From assembly GCA_030654205.1 (NCBI GenBank), contig JAURXW010000297.1:1-45157 (forward strand): a stretch of 45,157 nt of DNA. Direction: 5' to 3'. Both the position numbers and the translations under genes were made by a program. Shown piece by piece: positions 29,391 to 39,462 of the stretch. This DNA is from Bacteriovorax sp. (lineage in GTDB: Bacteria > Bdellovibrionota > Bacteriovoracia > Bacteriovoracales > Bacteriovoracaceae). The notes under the pieces were generated by a model that did no database searches, was not told the origin of the DNA, and was given only the letters and a program-made list of their open reading frames with translations. Within the stretch, counting starts at the first letter, position 1; each line of letters opens with the position of its first letter.

Positions 29391-30106
29391 AGTTCGGCCG
29401 ATGCTTCTAATAAAATAGATAAATCATCACATCCCGATCCGCTTTGAGGTGCGCTCTGTAGCACACACTCGTGATCATTGACCGGACAATTCATTCTTAA
29501 ATGAAAATGAGTTCGATGAAGATCTTGTGGTCTTAGTGCACGCAGAGTTGCGATCGTTTCAGGATGAGTAATCTCTCCATTATCTTTAGCAAATTGACAG
29601 AGTAATTTTTTGATCGAGGCATCTACAAAAATCCTAGGTACCGCCGCATTTTTAACCAGAAATTTAAATAACAAAAAATTTCTTTCAGTATTAAAATTTT
29701 TACTCGGTCTCGAATTACTTATAAAATCCTCATCCCAATTGCTCGCATCTGGGGATTGAACGTATTTATTTCTGCGTAAATAAACAATATCTGCATCCAA
29801 ACCATTTTGATGACTGGCATGTCCTATCGCCTCTCCACCAAGACGTTCCGACAAATCGCCAACTTGCAAAATTTCAGAATCGGGAAATTCATTTTTTATA
29901 AATTCAGAGGCAATACTTAAAGTATTATGCATTTCATCGGTGGTATAAAGTCGTTTTCTGGCCACAAAAAGTTTTTGAATTGGAGTTCCACGCTCAAAGA
30001 CGGATTGGGCACCAAGAAGAGAGCCTTTAGAGTAAAAACCAATAGCTTCGGAGGCATGGAGTCGGCCGATAACCAGAAAAATTGGGATAAACAATAAATT
30101 CTTCAT
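29378..30106 (-). CDS. mepA: Penicillin-insensitive murein endopeptidase MepA family
   Basis: AIGFYSKGSL, VGDLS..GG, GHASHQNGLDADI, HRTHFHLRMNCP and C-terminal GC motifs. Confidence 0.88.
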   Translation of the reverse strand: MKNLLFIPIFLVIGRLHASEAIGFYSKGSLLGAQSVFERGTPIQKLFVARKRLYTTDEMHNTLSIASEFIKNEFPDSEILQVGDLSERLGGEAIGHASHQNGLDADIVYLRRNKYVQSPDASNWDEDFISNSRPSKNFNTERNFLLFKFLVKNAAVPRIFVDASIKKLLCQFAKDNGEITHPETIATLRALRPQDLHRTHFHLRMNCPVNDHECVLQSAPQSGSGCDDLSILLEASAELHSC

Positions 30107-30218
30107 TAAATAATAATATCATGCAAAAAAAAATGCGCTAATCGTCACAGTAATTGGCGCTTCTTACCTTCTGGCCTTTCATTGATAAATAGTCCTCACT
30201 ATGATAATCAGCATCAAT

Positions 30219-31775
30219 ATGAATAATGATCAAACCAATCCACGAAAAAATGTTTCGCTAAATGATATAGTTGAGTGTGTCGCAATTCTTGAAACGATTG
30301 TCGAAAACAGTGAACTTTTGGCCGAATTAACTGAAGAGCAACGAGTTGCACTCTTAACGGCCGCAGGTAGAATTTCTAGACCCGATAAAAAAGAAATTAA
30401 AAAGCGCCAGAAAGAAGTAAAATTTTTTCGCCAAAAACAATTGGTGGAACAAAATCGACTTAAGCGAGCATATACTGGAATCAGAAGTGCCCGTGAGGCA
30501 TCAGTGTTCATGGCACCAGAACAATTAAAAATTGAAAGTGATAAAGCGTATGCTGATGCTCCTGAACTTGATAGCGCCCGAAATTGTTATGTCTGCAAAG
30601 CAGAATTTACAAAATTACACTTTTTCTACGACACTATGTGCAAAGAGTGTGGAGATTTTAATTATCACAAGCGCTTTCAAGGAACTGATCTAACTGGTCA
30701 AGTTGCTATCATAACCGGATCTCGTTTAAAAATCGGATATCATGCAAGCTTAATGATGTTGAGATCTGGTGCGACAGTTATTGCGACAACTAGATTCCCG
30801 GTCGATTCAGCACTTCGTTTTGCTCGTGAAAAAGATTTTACTGAATGGTCAGATCGTCTCCATATTCACGGACTAGATCTACGCCATACTCCTTCTGTGG
30901 AAATTTTTGCCAGCTATATTGAACACAAATTCGATCGTCTTGATATTTTGATTAATAATGCTGCCCAAACAGTTAGGCGACCACCTGGCTTTTATAAACA
31001 CTTAATGGAAAATGAATTATTAAACTTTCATGATATTAATAAAGATGCACAAATTATCTTAAAGCATCACCAAGATTTTAAATCTGAATTGAACCAACTG
31101 ACACATGGTGATTTTTCAACTGAAAAAGCTTTACCTGTTGTCTGGCATGGAGAAGGACCTGGGATTGGTATTCGAGCTTCTGCTGAATTATCGCAGGTGC
31201 CTTATAGCTACGACAATTCGCTGGTTGCAGAAGAAGTTTTTCCCGTGGGAAAACTTGATGCTGATCTTCAACAAGTCGATCTTAGAAAAACTAATAGCTG
31301 GAGGCTTCGCCTAGGAGAAATTCAAACTCCTGAAATGCTCGAAGTTCAATTGGTTAATGCTATCGCTCCATTTGTTCTTTGCAATCGCCTGGTCACTATG
31401 ATGAGAAGAGATTTCACTGGAAAAAAACATATTGTGAATGTTACAGCGATGGAAGGAAAATTTTATCGTTTTAAAAAAGAAGACCGCCATCCCCATACCA
31501 ATATGGCCAAGGCCGCGCTTAACATGATGACCCACACTTCGGCCTCCGACTTTGCCAAAGATGGAATCTTTATGAACGCAGTTGATACTGGCTGGGTAAC
31601 GGATGAAGATCCAGCAGAAATTTCTCAACATAAACAAGCCGTTCACGATTTCCAGCCACCTCTAGATATAGTCGACGGAGCTGCTCGAATTTGTGATCCG
31701 TTTATTGATGGAATTAATTCTGGTAAACACTGGTGTGGTCAATTCTTAAAAGACTATAAACCTATTGATTGGTAA
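30219..31775 (+). CDS. Atypical SDR family oxidoreductase with N-terminal CxxC...CxxC domain
   Basis: CYVC...[35 protein letters not shown] and [11 protein letters not shown] motifs. Exact start uncertain (30201 or 30219). Confidence 0.85.
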   Translation: MNNDQTNPRKNVSLNDIVECVAILETIVENSELLAELTEEQRVALLTAAGRISRPDKKEIKKRQKEVKFFRQKQLVEQNRLKRAYTGIRSAREASVFMAPEQLKIESDKAYADAPELDSARNCYVCKAEFTKLHFFYDTMCKECGDFNYHKRFQGTDLTGQVAIITGSRLKIGYHASLMMLRSGATVIATTRFPVDSALRFAREKDFTEWSDRLHIHGLDLRHTPSVEIFASYIEHKFDRLDILINNAAQTVRRPPGFYKHLMENELLNFHDINKDAQIILKHHQDFKSELNQLTHGDFSTEKALPVVWHGEGPGIGIRASAELSQVPYSYDNSLVAEEVFPVGKLDADLQQVDLRKTNSWRLRLGEIQTPEMLEVQLVNAIAPFVLCNRLVTMMRRDFTGKKHIVNVTAMEGKFYRFKKEDRHPHTNMAKAALNMMTHTSASDFAKDGIFMNAVDTGWVTDEDPAEISQHKQAVHDFQPPLDIVDGAARICDPFIDGINSGKHWCGQFLKDYKPIDW

Positions 31776-31784
31776 ATTAGCACA

Positions 31785-32312
31785 ATGATAATCCTCATCA
31801 TTATGCTAACAATTTATTTTTTGACCATTACAATATTCTCGATGGTCAAAACGCCATATATTGAAAACCCGATTTTAAATTTATTTAAATCATTTTTTCC
31901 TTCTTGGAAATTATTTGATGAAAGTGTTAATACCCCTATTTTGCTTTATCGAATTAAAGTTCTTGAGCACTTTACTGACTGGCAAATTTGCATACGTGCG
32001 CCAAAAATAAAATGGTTTCATCTAATCCTAAACCCTCATGGTAATTATTATCTTGCCCACCATTCACACATTCAACAATTATTATCAGAGTTATCAACAA
32101 TGCCTGATCAACAGCTCGAGTTTTTTCATCAGCAAGTCTCTTATAAAATAACAGAAAACTTTGTAAGATATGAAATGTTAAAAAAAGGAATTGAAAATGA
32201 TTTTCAATTTAAACTTAGTAATATTAAAAATTTTAATGAAAAATCATTCCAAATAATAGATGACATCTTGATCTCCCCTGTTTTGAAGTATCAATACCGG
32301 ATAGATTTGTGA
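31785..32312 (+). CDS. SdpA/DUF5819-like membrane-anchored protein
   Basis: N-terminal TM followed by FFPSWKLFD; coupled (GTGA) to the HTTM gene. Confidence 0.5.
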   Translation: MIILIIMLTIYFLTITIFSMVKTPYIENPILNLFKSFFPSWKLFDESVNTPILLYRIKVLEHFTDWQICIRAPKIKWFHLILNPHGNYYLAHHSHIQQLLSELSTMPDQQLEFFHQQVSYKITENFVRYEMLKKGIENDFQFKLSNIKNFNEKSFQIIDDILISPVLKYQYRIDL

Positions 32313-33109
32313 ATTTACTTTTGGCCATAAGACTCGTGCAGATTATTATTTCCTTTGCTGTGTTAATTCAAACAATCGAATATCTTTTGATTAAAGAAAG
32401 CTTTAGTGAAAGCGGTGTATGGCGTTGGAAAGAGATACAAGTCGAATTGCACTTTCTCCCATCTTGGGCACAAGCGGTTTTTAATTTCTTTCTTAACGAG
32501 CATAATTTTCCAATTCTTTTATGGATCAGGTTATCTTGTGCTTTACTTGTTATTTTCTTCCCGGCAGGTTCTCTTTTTTTATTTTTATTTTTTTCATCAC
32601 TCTTAATCGCTCAAAGATTTCGTGGCTCATTTAATGGTGGCAGTGATTATATGTCACTCATCATATTAATGGCCTTAAGTATTCAGGGCCTGTTTCCAAC
32701 TTTATTAATTACCAAAGGGGTGCTTTGGTACATCGCCCTTCAGTCAGCGACTTCATATTTTATGGCGGGACTAGTTAAACTAAAATTAAATTCGTGGCGA
32801 ACAGGATCGGCATTGGGTGATTTTATCCAATCACCTAATTATAATCCTCCCATATGGATCAAATGGTTTGCCCAACACCAAACTTTTAACTTTAGTGCAT
32901 CTTGGTTGATTATGATTTTTGAAATAAGCTTTCCACTAATTCTAATACAACAACATCTAGTGGTAAGTGTATGGCTACTCGTGGCCTTTGCATTTCATTT
33001 CTTAAATGTATTTGTCTTTGGACTTAATCGTTTTTTAATTGTTTGGCTTGCGTCTTATCCGGCCATTTATTTTTGTGCTTTTGAAAATATCTTTTCAAAC
33101 TCTCCATAA
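32309..33109 (+). CDS. HTTM-domain / SdpB-like membrane protein
   Basis: [16 protein letters not shown]...WRTGSAL, FEISFP, FHFLN..FGLNRF and W.A.YP motifs. Confidence 0.75.
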   Translation: MNLLLAIRLVQIIISFAVLIQTIEYLLIKESFSESGVWRWKEIQVELHFLPSWAQAVFNFFLNEHNFPILLWIRLSCALLVIFFPAGSLFLFLFFSSLLIAQRFRGSFNGGSDYMSLIILMALSIQGLFPTLLITKGVLWYIALQSATSYFMAGLVKLKLNSWRTGSALGDFIQSPNYNPPIWIKWFAQHQTFNFSASWLIMIFEISFPLILIQQHLVVSVWLLVAFAFHFLNVFVFGLNRFLIVWLASYPAIYFCAFENIFSNSP

Positions 33110-33588
33110 CCATTTTCTTTTAATTTTTCTTTAGGAATAAATCTTAATGAAGCCGAGTTCATGCAATAGCGCAATCCAGTTGGAGCAGGGCCATCAGTAA
33201 AAACATGACCCAGATGAGAATTGGCATATTTGCTGCGAACTTCTGTTCTTTCACTAAATAACTGTTTATCAGTTTTAGTAACAATATTTTCTTTAACAAG
33301 TGGTTTTGAAAAACTAGGCCAGCCAGTGCCTGATTCATATTTATCAATTGAGCTAAATAAAGGCTCACCCGAAATTACATCAACATAAATTCCTTCTTGA
33401 TGAGAATCAAAAAAAGGATTTTTAAAGGGAGGCTCGGTCCCTTCTTCCTGTGTGACATTATACTGAATGTTAGTTAATTTTTTCTTTAATTCTGATTTGG
33501 ATAATTTTTTATAACTTGATTGATCCCAGGCAAAAACTTGTGAAGTGAGCAGGAATAAAATGAAGCTTATTAGTATTTTCTTATTCAT
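33067..33588 (-). CDS. msrB: Peptide-methionine (R)-S-oxide reductase MsrB, exported
   Basis: [29 protein letters not shown] and [10 protein letters not shown] motifs; N-terminal signal peptide. Confidence 0.93.
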   Translation of the reverse strand: MNKKILISFILFLLTSQVFAWDQSSYKKLSKSELKKKLTNIQYNVTQEEGTEPPFKNPFFDSHQEGIYVDVISGEPLFSSIDKYESGTGWPSFSKPLVKENIVTKTDKQLFSERTEVRSKYANSHLGHVFTDGPAPTGLRYCMNSASLRFIPKEKLKENGYGEFEKIFSKAQK

Positions 33589-34079
33589 TATTTTTTATCC
33601 GGAAATTTGTAGTCACCAGGGTTTAAGTATTTCATAAAACTATGGTGGATATGTTCAAAGATCGAAGCTTTATTATAGTCTTTATACACTTCTCTTTCAT
33701 GATAGGATTCAAGTTCCATACTTTCAATTTCTGCTGTTATGGCCTCGAGGTTAATTCCTTTTAAAACTATCGCTTCAAGATTTTGATAACTCTTTTTCTC
33801 CACTTCTGAAAAACTATTATCAAGAAAAGATATGACTCGCAAAGTATTTAATAAAAATGCCAAATCTTTTTTATCTGAAATTTTTTTAAAGGCCTCTTCA
33901 AAATTATTTTTCGTTTCTAAATCGGCAATAAGTATTAATCTTTGCTCATTTGATAATGGTAATTTTTGAATTTTTTCCTCTACCCATTTTCTTTCGCTGC
34001 TGGTAACAAGACCATCCAAATGAACGGCTGCGACGCATGATCTCCACATATTGAATTTACTATCTGTCATAGGGTCCAT
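33588..34079 (-). CDS. TerB-like/DUF533-like protein
   Basis: [13 protein letters not shown] and [12 protein letters not shown] paired D-x-x-x-x-x-x-E motifs. ATG at 34079 preferred; stop overlaps the msrB start (TAATG). Confidence 0.65.
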   Translation of the reverse strand: MDPMTDSKFNMWRSCVAAVHLDGLVTSSERKWVEEKIQKLPLSNEQRLILIADLETKNNFEEAFKKISDKKDLAFLLNTLRVISFLDNSFSEVEKKSYQNLEAIVLKGINLEAITAEIESMELESYHEREVYKDYNKASIFEHIHHSFMKYLNPGDYKFPDKK

Positions 34080-34120
34080 TGTTGTACTCTCTCTGGTGAT
34101 AAAATTTTTAATGTATCTAC

Positions 34121-34147
34121 TTTTCGGCTTTAATGAGAGCATTCTTA
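34121..34147 (-). promoter_or_regulatory. sigma28 (FliA)-like promoter
   Basis: Minus strand TAAG-N15-GCCGAAAA versus consensus TAAA-N15-GCCGATAA, about 40 nt upstream of the ATG at 34079. Confidence 0.6.
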
Positions 34148-34270
34148 AACCAAAATACTAGACCATTACACTCACCATTATGGCTCTACTTATATATAGA
34201 ATAGACATATAGACGCGAAAAAATTAATTTGGTAAAAATTGCTGGTATTCAACCAACAAACAAGGAAAAA

Positions 34271-34885
34271 ATGATGATTACTCTTTATGGAAGCCCAAGA
34301 TCAAGTGCTGGTAGATGTATCTGGACACTAGAAGAAGCTGGGGTGCCATTTACTAGAAAAGAAGTTGATATGAGAACTAAGGAACACAAATCAGCTGAAT
34401 TTTTAAAAATTAATCCAATGGGAAAAGTTCCTGCTCTTGTAGATGGTGATGTAACTCTTTTTGAATCTATGGCCATCAATTACTATATTGCAGATAATTA
34501 TAAAAAAGAACTTCTAGGTAACACTCCAAAGGAGCGAGGCCTTGCTATGCAGTGGAGTTTTTGGGCAACTTCTGAACTTCAAGGACCAATCATTGAAATC
34601 TTTATTCAGAAGGTTTTTATGCCTGATGATAAACGTGACAATAATGTTATTGAAACTAATCTGAAAAAACTTCCAGAACTTTTGGATGTATTAAATACAT
34701 CACTTGCTGGAAAAAAATATTTAGCTGGCGATCAATTTACGATCGGAGATATCAATACGGCAAGTGTAGTATCAATTTGTCCAATGATCGGTGTTGATCT
34801 AGCAACATACCCAAACATTAGTGGATGGCTTGGTGGAATTAGTGATAGACCTGCCTACCAAAAATATCAAGAATCTAGAAAATAA
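34271..34885 (+). CDS. Glutathione S-transferase family protein
   Basis: INPMGKVPAL, LFESMAI and YLAGDQFTIGDI motifs; AAGGA RBS before the ATG at 34271. Confidence 0.92.
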   Translation: MMITLYGSPRSSAGRCIWTLEEAGVPFTRKEVDMRTKEHKSAEFLKINPMGKVPALVDGDVTLFESMAINYYIADNYKKELLGNTPKERGLAMQWSFWATSELQGPIIEIFIQKVFMPDDKRDNNVIETNLKKLPELLDVLNTSLAGKKYLAGDQFTIGDINTASVVSICPMIGVDLATYPNISGWLGGISDRPAYQKYQESRK

Positions 34886-34905
34886 AATTTAAAGTTTAAT
34901 TTTAT

Positions 34906-35451
34906 ATGGCCACTAAAATTTTAGCAATCTCCGGAAGCCTACGTGCTCATTCCTCTAATACTGCGATCTTAATGGCCGCAAAGATATTAGCACCGGCACA
35001 TTCTGAAATTATTTTTTTTAGTGGTCTTGATCTCATTCCTCATTTTAATCCAGACTTAGAAGCGGTTATTTATCCCGCTTTGGAACATTTTCGCCAAGAA
35101 ATTATAACAAGCGATGCTATTCTCATTTGCTCTCCTGAATACGCCCATGGAATTCCTGGCACTCTCAAAAATGCATTAGACTGGATTGTAAGTTCAGGGG
35201 AATTAGATGGAAAAGCAATTGGGATCATTAATGCTACTCCATTATATGAATCCAAAAGTTATGCTCAAGAATCATTGATAGAAATTTTAAAAACGATGTC
35301 AGCAAAAATCTTACCTGAAAATACTTTGGCCATTTCTCAAGTAAAATCTAAACTGGGAAAGGATGGTGAAATTATAGATTTGAAAACAATTGATGAATTA
35401 ACTACTCTGATAAATTCACTTCTAAAAACCATTATCAAAGTAGCTAATTAA
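34906..35451 (+). CDS. NADPH-dependent FMN reductase (flavodoxin-like)
   Basis: ISGSLRAHSSN and SPEYAHGIPGTLKNALDW motifs. Confidence 0.9.
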   Translation: MATKILAISGSLRAHSSNTAILMAAKILAPAHSEIIFFSGLDLIPHFNPDLEAVIYPALEHFRQEIITSDAILICSPEYAHGIPGTLKNALDWIVSSGELDGKAIGIINATPLYESKSYAQESLIEILKTMSAKILPENTLAISQVKSKLGKDGEIIDLKTIDELTTLINSLLKTIIKVAN

Positions 35452-35462
35452 AAAAATTAAAA

Positions 35463-36377
35463 TTAAGCGCGCATCTCTTCTTTGAATTGATTGCCAAATT
35501 GATCGGCAACAACTTCAACCGCATTATCAAGTTCACATTCTTTAACTTGTCTAACAGGTCCAGGATATTTTACGTCGGTAGCAAGTCCCACGAATTCTAG
35601 ACCTTTAATTAATTGCCAAGTAAGATCAAACTCCCACCACATACGTCCATGGGCCGCGCAGTTTGATTGAGCATGATGGTTATTATGCCATCCCTCTCCC
35701 GCCGCTAAAATGGCAACCCACCAAACATTGCTTGAATCGTCTTTAGTATCAAAATTTCGGTATCCCCAGCGATGAGTTGCAGAATTTACAAACCAAGTCA
35801 CATGCAACATAAGAGCAATTCTCATGAATACTCCCCACATTACAAATGGCATTCCCCCCATCCAATACAAAAACGGAACAATTGATAGAGCAACGACGAA
35901 GTTATATTTACTTAAAAAGTGATAATACTTATGGATCGTTAAATCTGGAACATAACGACTCCATAGTTTTTTATTATCTTCAAACTCTTTATGATAAAAA
36001 AGATGTGTCACATGTGACCACCAAAAGCCTCCATGTCTAGCACTATGGGGATCATTTTTTGTATCGGAAAAACGGTGATGCAGGCGATGTTCAGCTACCC
36101 ACATAAGCACAGGCCCTTGCCCAGAGAGTGCCCCAAAAGTTGCTAAAAAATATTCAAACCATTGAGGAACCTTAAAGGCCCTATGACTTAACAAACGGTG
36201 ATAAGTAAGCGTCACTCCGATTGGGCTGATAACAAAAAATAAAATCATGCAGACTAAAAAAGCCTTCCACGTAAAAAATGGAATAGCGGCCAGAGCTAAA
36301 ATATGAATGACAGTTATGCCAATTATATTACCCCAATGATATTTTAAAGTGCTGGTATCAATTTTTGTATTTTTCAT
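35463..36377 (-). CDS. Delta-9 fatty acid (acyl-CoA/acyl-lipid) desaturase
   Basis: His boxes HRLLSH, HRLHH and GEGWHNNHH; DPHS; VNSATH. Confidence 0.92.
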   Translation of the reverse strand: MKNTKIDTSTLKYHWGNIIGITVIHILALAAIPFFTWKAFLVCMILFFVISPIGVTLTYHRLLSHRAFKVPQWFEYFLATFGALSGQGPVLMWVAEHRLHHRFSDTKNDPHSARHGGFWWSHVTHLFYHKEFEDNKKLWSRYVPDLTIHKYYHFLSKYNFVVALSIVPFLYWMGGMPFVMWGVFMRIALMLHVTWFVNSATHRWGYRNFDTKDDSSNVWWVAILAAGEGWHNNHHAQSNCAAHGRMWWEFDLTWQLIKGLEFVGLATDVKYPGPVRQVKECELDNAVEVVADQFGNQFKEEMRA

Positions 36378-36490
36378 AGTAAGAAGCTTACACAGATAAA
36401 ACTATAAATAGAAAAAATAAATATTACATTTTTGTTAGTTTCTAATGAATGTAAGAAGAAGACACAACCAGCTAGCTTTTCACTAAACAA

Positions 36491-37258
36491 TTATTCTATA
36501 AGAGAGTAATTCAGTATCAATCCGGAAGCCGGTGCAATCATTACTTTCAAATTTTCATCCGAGGAAAGTGATTTCTTCAACTCATCAATAGTAAGTTTGT
36601 TCATCCCCACTTCAAAAAGTGCCCCCATCATCATTCGTATCTGATAACGCATAAAAGATTTAGCCTTGATTCGAAAAAGATAACTCTTATCAGGAAAAAA
36701 ATTAGCTGTGAGTATATTATTCATTTCAATTTCACTATGAATAATTTCCCTTTGAAAATTCTGATTTTCTTTCGGTTTAAAGCAAAAACTTTTAAGATAA
36801 TGCGTTCCTTCAAAAAGCTTGGCTGCCTCTTTCATAAGCTCAAGGTTTAGATTTTCATTTATATGAGTCATAAAAGGAGCTGAAAAAGGATGATTTTTGA
36901 TACCAAAAGAGAAAAAATATAAATACTCTTTTACTTTAGGAGCACTGATTATTTTAAAACCCTTATCCACTTTTTCCATTTTTAATACTTTAATATCTGC
37001 GGGAAGAAACTGGTTAAAATTAGCTAAAAAAAGTTCATCTTCAATTTCAGATTCAGAAATAATTTCAAAAAGTGAATGATTTGCTGAAACCATAGAATCT
37101 GTGCGACTTGCTCCAATTGTTCTAAAGCTGCTATGCCCAAGATATTTTGAAAAACAATCTTCAATTGTTTGCTGAACTGTCTTTAACTCAGTTTGCTTTT
37201 GCCATCCATGATAGCGAAAACCTAAAAATTGAAAATGAACCAAGTAGTAAAACTTCAT
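36491..37258 (-). CDS. truA: tRNA pseudouridine(38-40) synthase TruA family
   Basis: YHGWQKQ, GASRTDSMVSA (catalytic Asp), FMRYQIRMMMG and APASGLIL motifs. Confidence 0.85.
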   Translation of the reverse strand: MKFYYLVHFQFLGFRYHGWQKQTELKTVQQTIEDCFSKYLGHSSFRTIGASRTDSMVSANHSLFEIISESEIEDELFLANFNQFLPADIKVLKMEKVDKGFKIISAPKVKEYLYFFSFGIKNHPFSAPFMTHINENLNLELMKEAAKLFEGTHYLKSFCFKPKENQNFQREIIHSEIEMNNILTANFFPDKSYLFRIKAKSFMRYQIRMMMGALFEVGMNKLTIDELKKSLSSDENLKVMIAPASGLILNYSLIE

Positions 37259-37278
37259 AGAATAAGTATAATGAAGCG

Positions 37279-37845
37279 ATGATCACTTTGCTAAAAAAAT
37301 CTTCTTTTAAAAAAAGTCCTTGGAAAAACGGACTTGGCCAGACATCTCAAATTGACATATTTCCTTCCGGCTCGAATATTGTTGATGATAGTTTTTTGTG
37401 GAGGATTAGTACTGCAACAATTACACAAAATAATCAATTTTCTTTATTTCCTGACTGCGACCGTCTATTAGTGGTATGGAAAGGAGCTGGCTTAAATATA
37501 AATGGACAGAATTTAGCACCTCACACTCCACTTTTGTTTTCCGGAGAAAAAGATATTTTCTGTGAACTTCAATCTCCTGATCAAGTTGTCGATCTTGGGA
37601 TTATTTATAAAAAGACATTAATGAATGTTGATTTAGACATTATGAGACTCCCTCCAAAATCATCTATTACAATTAAAACTGGAATTAATTTTTTCTTTTT
37701 GGCTTCTAAAGATATCTGCTTTATTGAAAATAATGAACTTGAAAGCGGCGATTGCTTAAAAGTTGAAACAATTCAAAATATATCTTTTTCTACAAAATCC
37801 TCTCAAGAGATTCTCTTGTATAATTTTTTTATTCAATATAAATAA
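37279..37845 (+). CDS. HutD/Ves family cupin protein
   Basis: PWKNGLGQT, FLWRISTA and FSLFPDCDR motifs. Confidence 0.88.
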   Translation: MITLLKKSSFKKSPWKNGLGQTSQIDIFPSGSNIVDDSFLWRISTATITQNNQFSLFPDCDRLLVVWKGAGLNINGQNLAPHTPLLFSGEKDIFCELQSPDQVVDLGIIYKKTLMNVDLDIMRLPPKSSITIKTGINFFFLASKDICFIENNELESGDCLKVETIQNISFSTKSSQEILLYNFFIQYK

Positions 37846-37857
37846 TCTTGATCCTCA

Positions 37858-37873
37858 TGGCATTTTATTTGCA
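37858..37873 (+). promoter_or_regulatory. sigma54 (-24/-12) promoter
   Basis: TGGCATTTTATTTGCA, exact GG-N10-GC spacing, 45 nt upstream of the OmpA-family ATG. Confidence 0.7.
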
Positions 37874-37918
37874 ATCCTTTCTATGGCCATGAGAATAACT
37901 CTCCATAAGGAATAAATT

Positions 37919-39337
37919 ATGAAAGTAATCCAAAAAAAATTAACAAATAAATTTTTCAAATTAATTTTTGCGCTGCTAATTATTATTAGCTTTATTGCTT
38001 GCAGTTCTCACCCAATTGTTAAAGAACTCCCTCCAACGGCCATACCGGCCAATGAAATATCCAACCTAGAAGCCAATTTAAATATGGCAAAAGGTAAAAA
38101 TGTTGACTTACTTTCACCTAAAAATTTTAGTGAAGCCCAAAACTATTTAGAAGAAGCTAAAGAGCAATTTTTAACTGGTAAAGACTCAAGAAAAATATTA
38201 CACAGCTTATCCGTTGCCAATACTTACCTTCTTAATGCCAATCAATTTGCCGATATCACTCGGCCTCAAATTCAAAATATAATCAAAGCTAGAGAAGAAG
38301 CAAAGCTTGCAAATGCCCATATTTATTTCAGCAAGAATTTTAAAAATGCCGACGAAAAATTGTCCGACATTTCAAAGGACATACCTAAAAATAAAACTTC
38401 TATCAATTTAAAAAAGGAAGAACAACTTCTTACATGGTACAAAAGTCTTGAAAAAAAAGCAGTTAAAGAAAGATACCTAAAAGAAGCCAGAGATGTAATG
38501 AATCAGGCAAAAAAGGAAGATGCAGAAAAGTATGCACCTAGATCTCTTGCCATTGCCGAAAAAAGTTTTAGTGAGGCGGAATCTTTGATAAATACAAATC
38601 CAAACAACAAATCGGAAATAGCAGCTATTGCTACGAAGGCCCGAGACGATGCTTACCACGCCTTTAACATCAATCGCTCAGCAAAAGGAACTGCTCAAAT
38701 TTCCCATGAAGAGATTGCCATTTTAATAGAAGATCAAAGACAGCGAGTGGCCGGCAACGAACAAAATCTTAATTTGGTCCAAGATGAATTATTAACTACA
38801 TCAAGTGCGCTAGAGAAAGAAAAGGAAGAAAAAAACTCAGTAATTCTAACAAAAGAAGAATTGCTTGCTGAAAAAAATAAATTAATTTCTGAAAAAATAA
38901 TGAATGAAAAATATGAACAGGCACGTGAGAAATTTTCAGAAAATGAGGCAGAAGTTTACCGACAAGGTGACTCACTAATAATCCGCTTAAAAGCGATGGC
39001 CTTTCCAAGTGCCACTTCTACGATTGTTAGTAAAAATTATCCACTACTTTCAAAAGTCGGAAAAATTGTAGAAGAATTCGGACCAGGAACTGAAGTTACA
39101 ATACTTGGTCATACCGATTCTGTGGGGAGCTCAAAAATTAATTATAAACTATCATCTCTTAGGGCCCAGTCGGTGAAAGATTACCTGGCATCAATTACAG
39201 AAGTTAAAGAAATGAAAATTGAAGCTCTGGGTTATGGTGACCAAAAACCGCTGGCGACTAACAAAACGCCCGATGGTAGGGCCAAAAATCGCCGTGTTGA
39301 TATTATTATCAAGCCAAGCCCTTCCACTACTCTTTAA
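37919..39337 (+). CDS. OmpA-family lipoprotein with helical (DUF4398-like) repeats and coiled coil
   Basis: Lipobox FIAC; C-terminal GHTDSVG...N..LS..RAQSVKDYL...GYGDQKP...GRAKNRRVDI. Confidence 0.88.
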   Translation: MKVIQKKLTNKFFKLIFALLIIISFIACSSHPIVKELPPTAIPANEISNLEANLNMAKGKNVDLLSPKNFSEAQNYLEEAKEQFLTGKDSRKILHSLSVANTYLLNANQFADITRPQIQNIIKAREEAKLANAHIYFSKNFKNADEKLSDISKDIPKNKTSINLKKEEQLLTWYKSLEKKAVKERYLKEARDVMNQAKKEDAEKYAPRSLAIAEKSFSEAESLINTNPNNKSEIAAIATKARDDAYHAFNINRSAKGTAQISHEEIAILIEDQRQRVAGNEQNLNLVQDELLTTSSALEKEKEEKNSVILTKEELLAEKNKLISEKIMNEKYEQAREKFSENEAEVYRQGDSLIIRLKAMAFPSATSTIVSKNYPLLSKVGKIVEEFGPGTEVTILGHTDSVGSSKINYKLSSLRAQSVKDYLASITEVKEMKIEALGYGDQKPLATNKTPDGRAKNRRVDIIIKPSPSTTL

Positions 39338-39391
39338 GATTGGCTATACTTTAGGCTTAAAACGGCTTGCATTTACCCAAAAAATAAAAAA

Positions 39392-39434
39392 ACATGATCT
39401 AACTCATGTCTTTTTAAGCGCTAAATGTTAGGCT
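39392..39434 (+). promoter_or_regulatory. CRP/FNR-type box with class II promoter upstream of the fnr-like gene
   Basis: Palindrome ACATGA-TCTAAC-TCATGT (39392-39409) and extended -10 TGtTAGGCT ending at 39434. The box centre falls about 41 nt upstream of the expected start site. Confidence 0.6.
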
Positions 39435-39462
39435 ATGGTTGACCAAAAGACCAAAGGCTAAA

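Noticed and set aside
36491-37258. TruA with variant RTDSMVSA motif as a pseudogene
   Set aside because: The ORF is full length and the catalytic Asp is retained.
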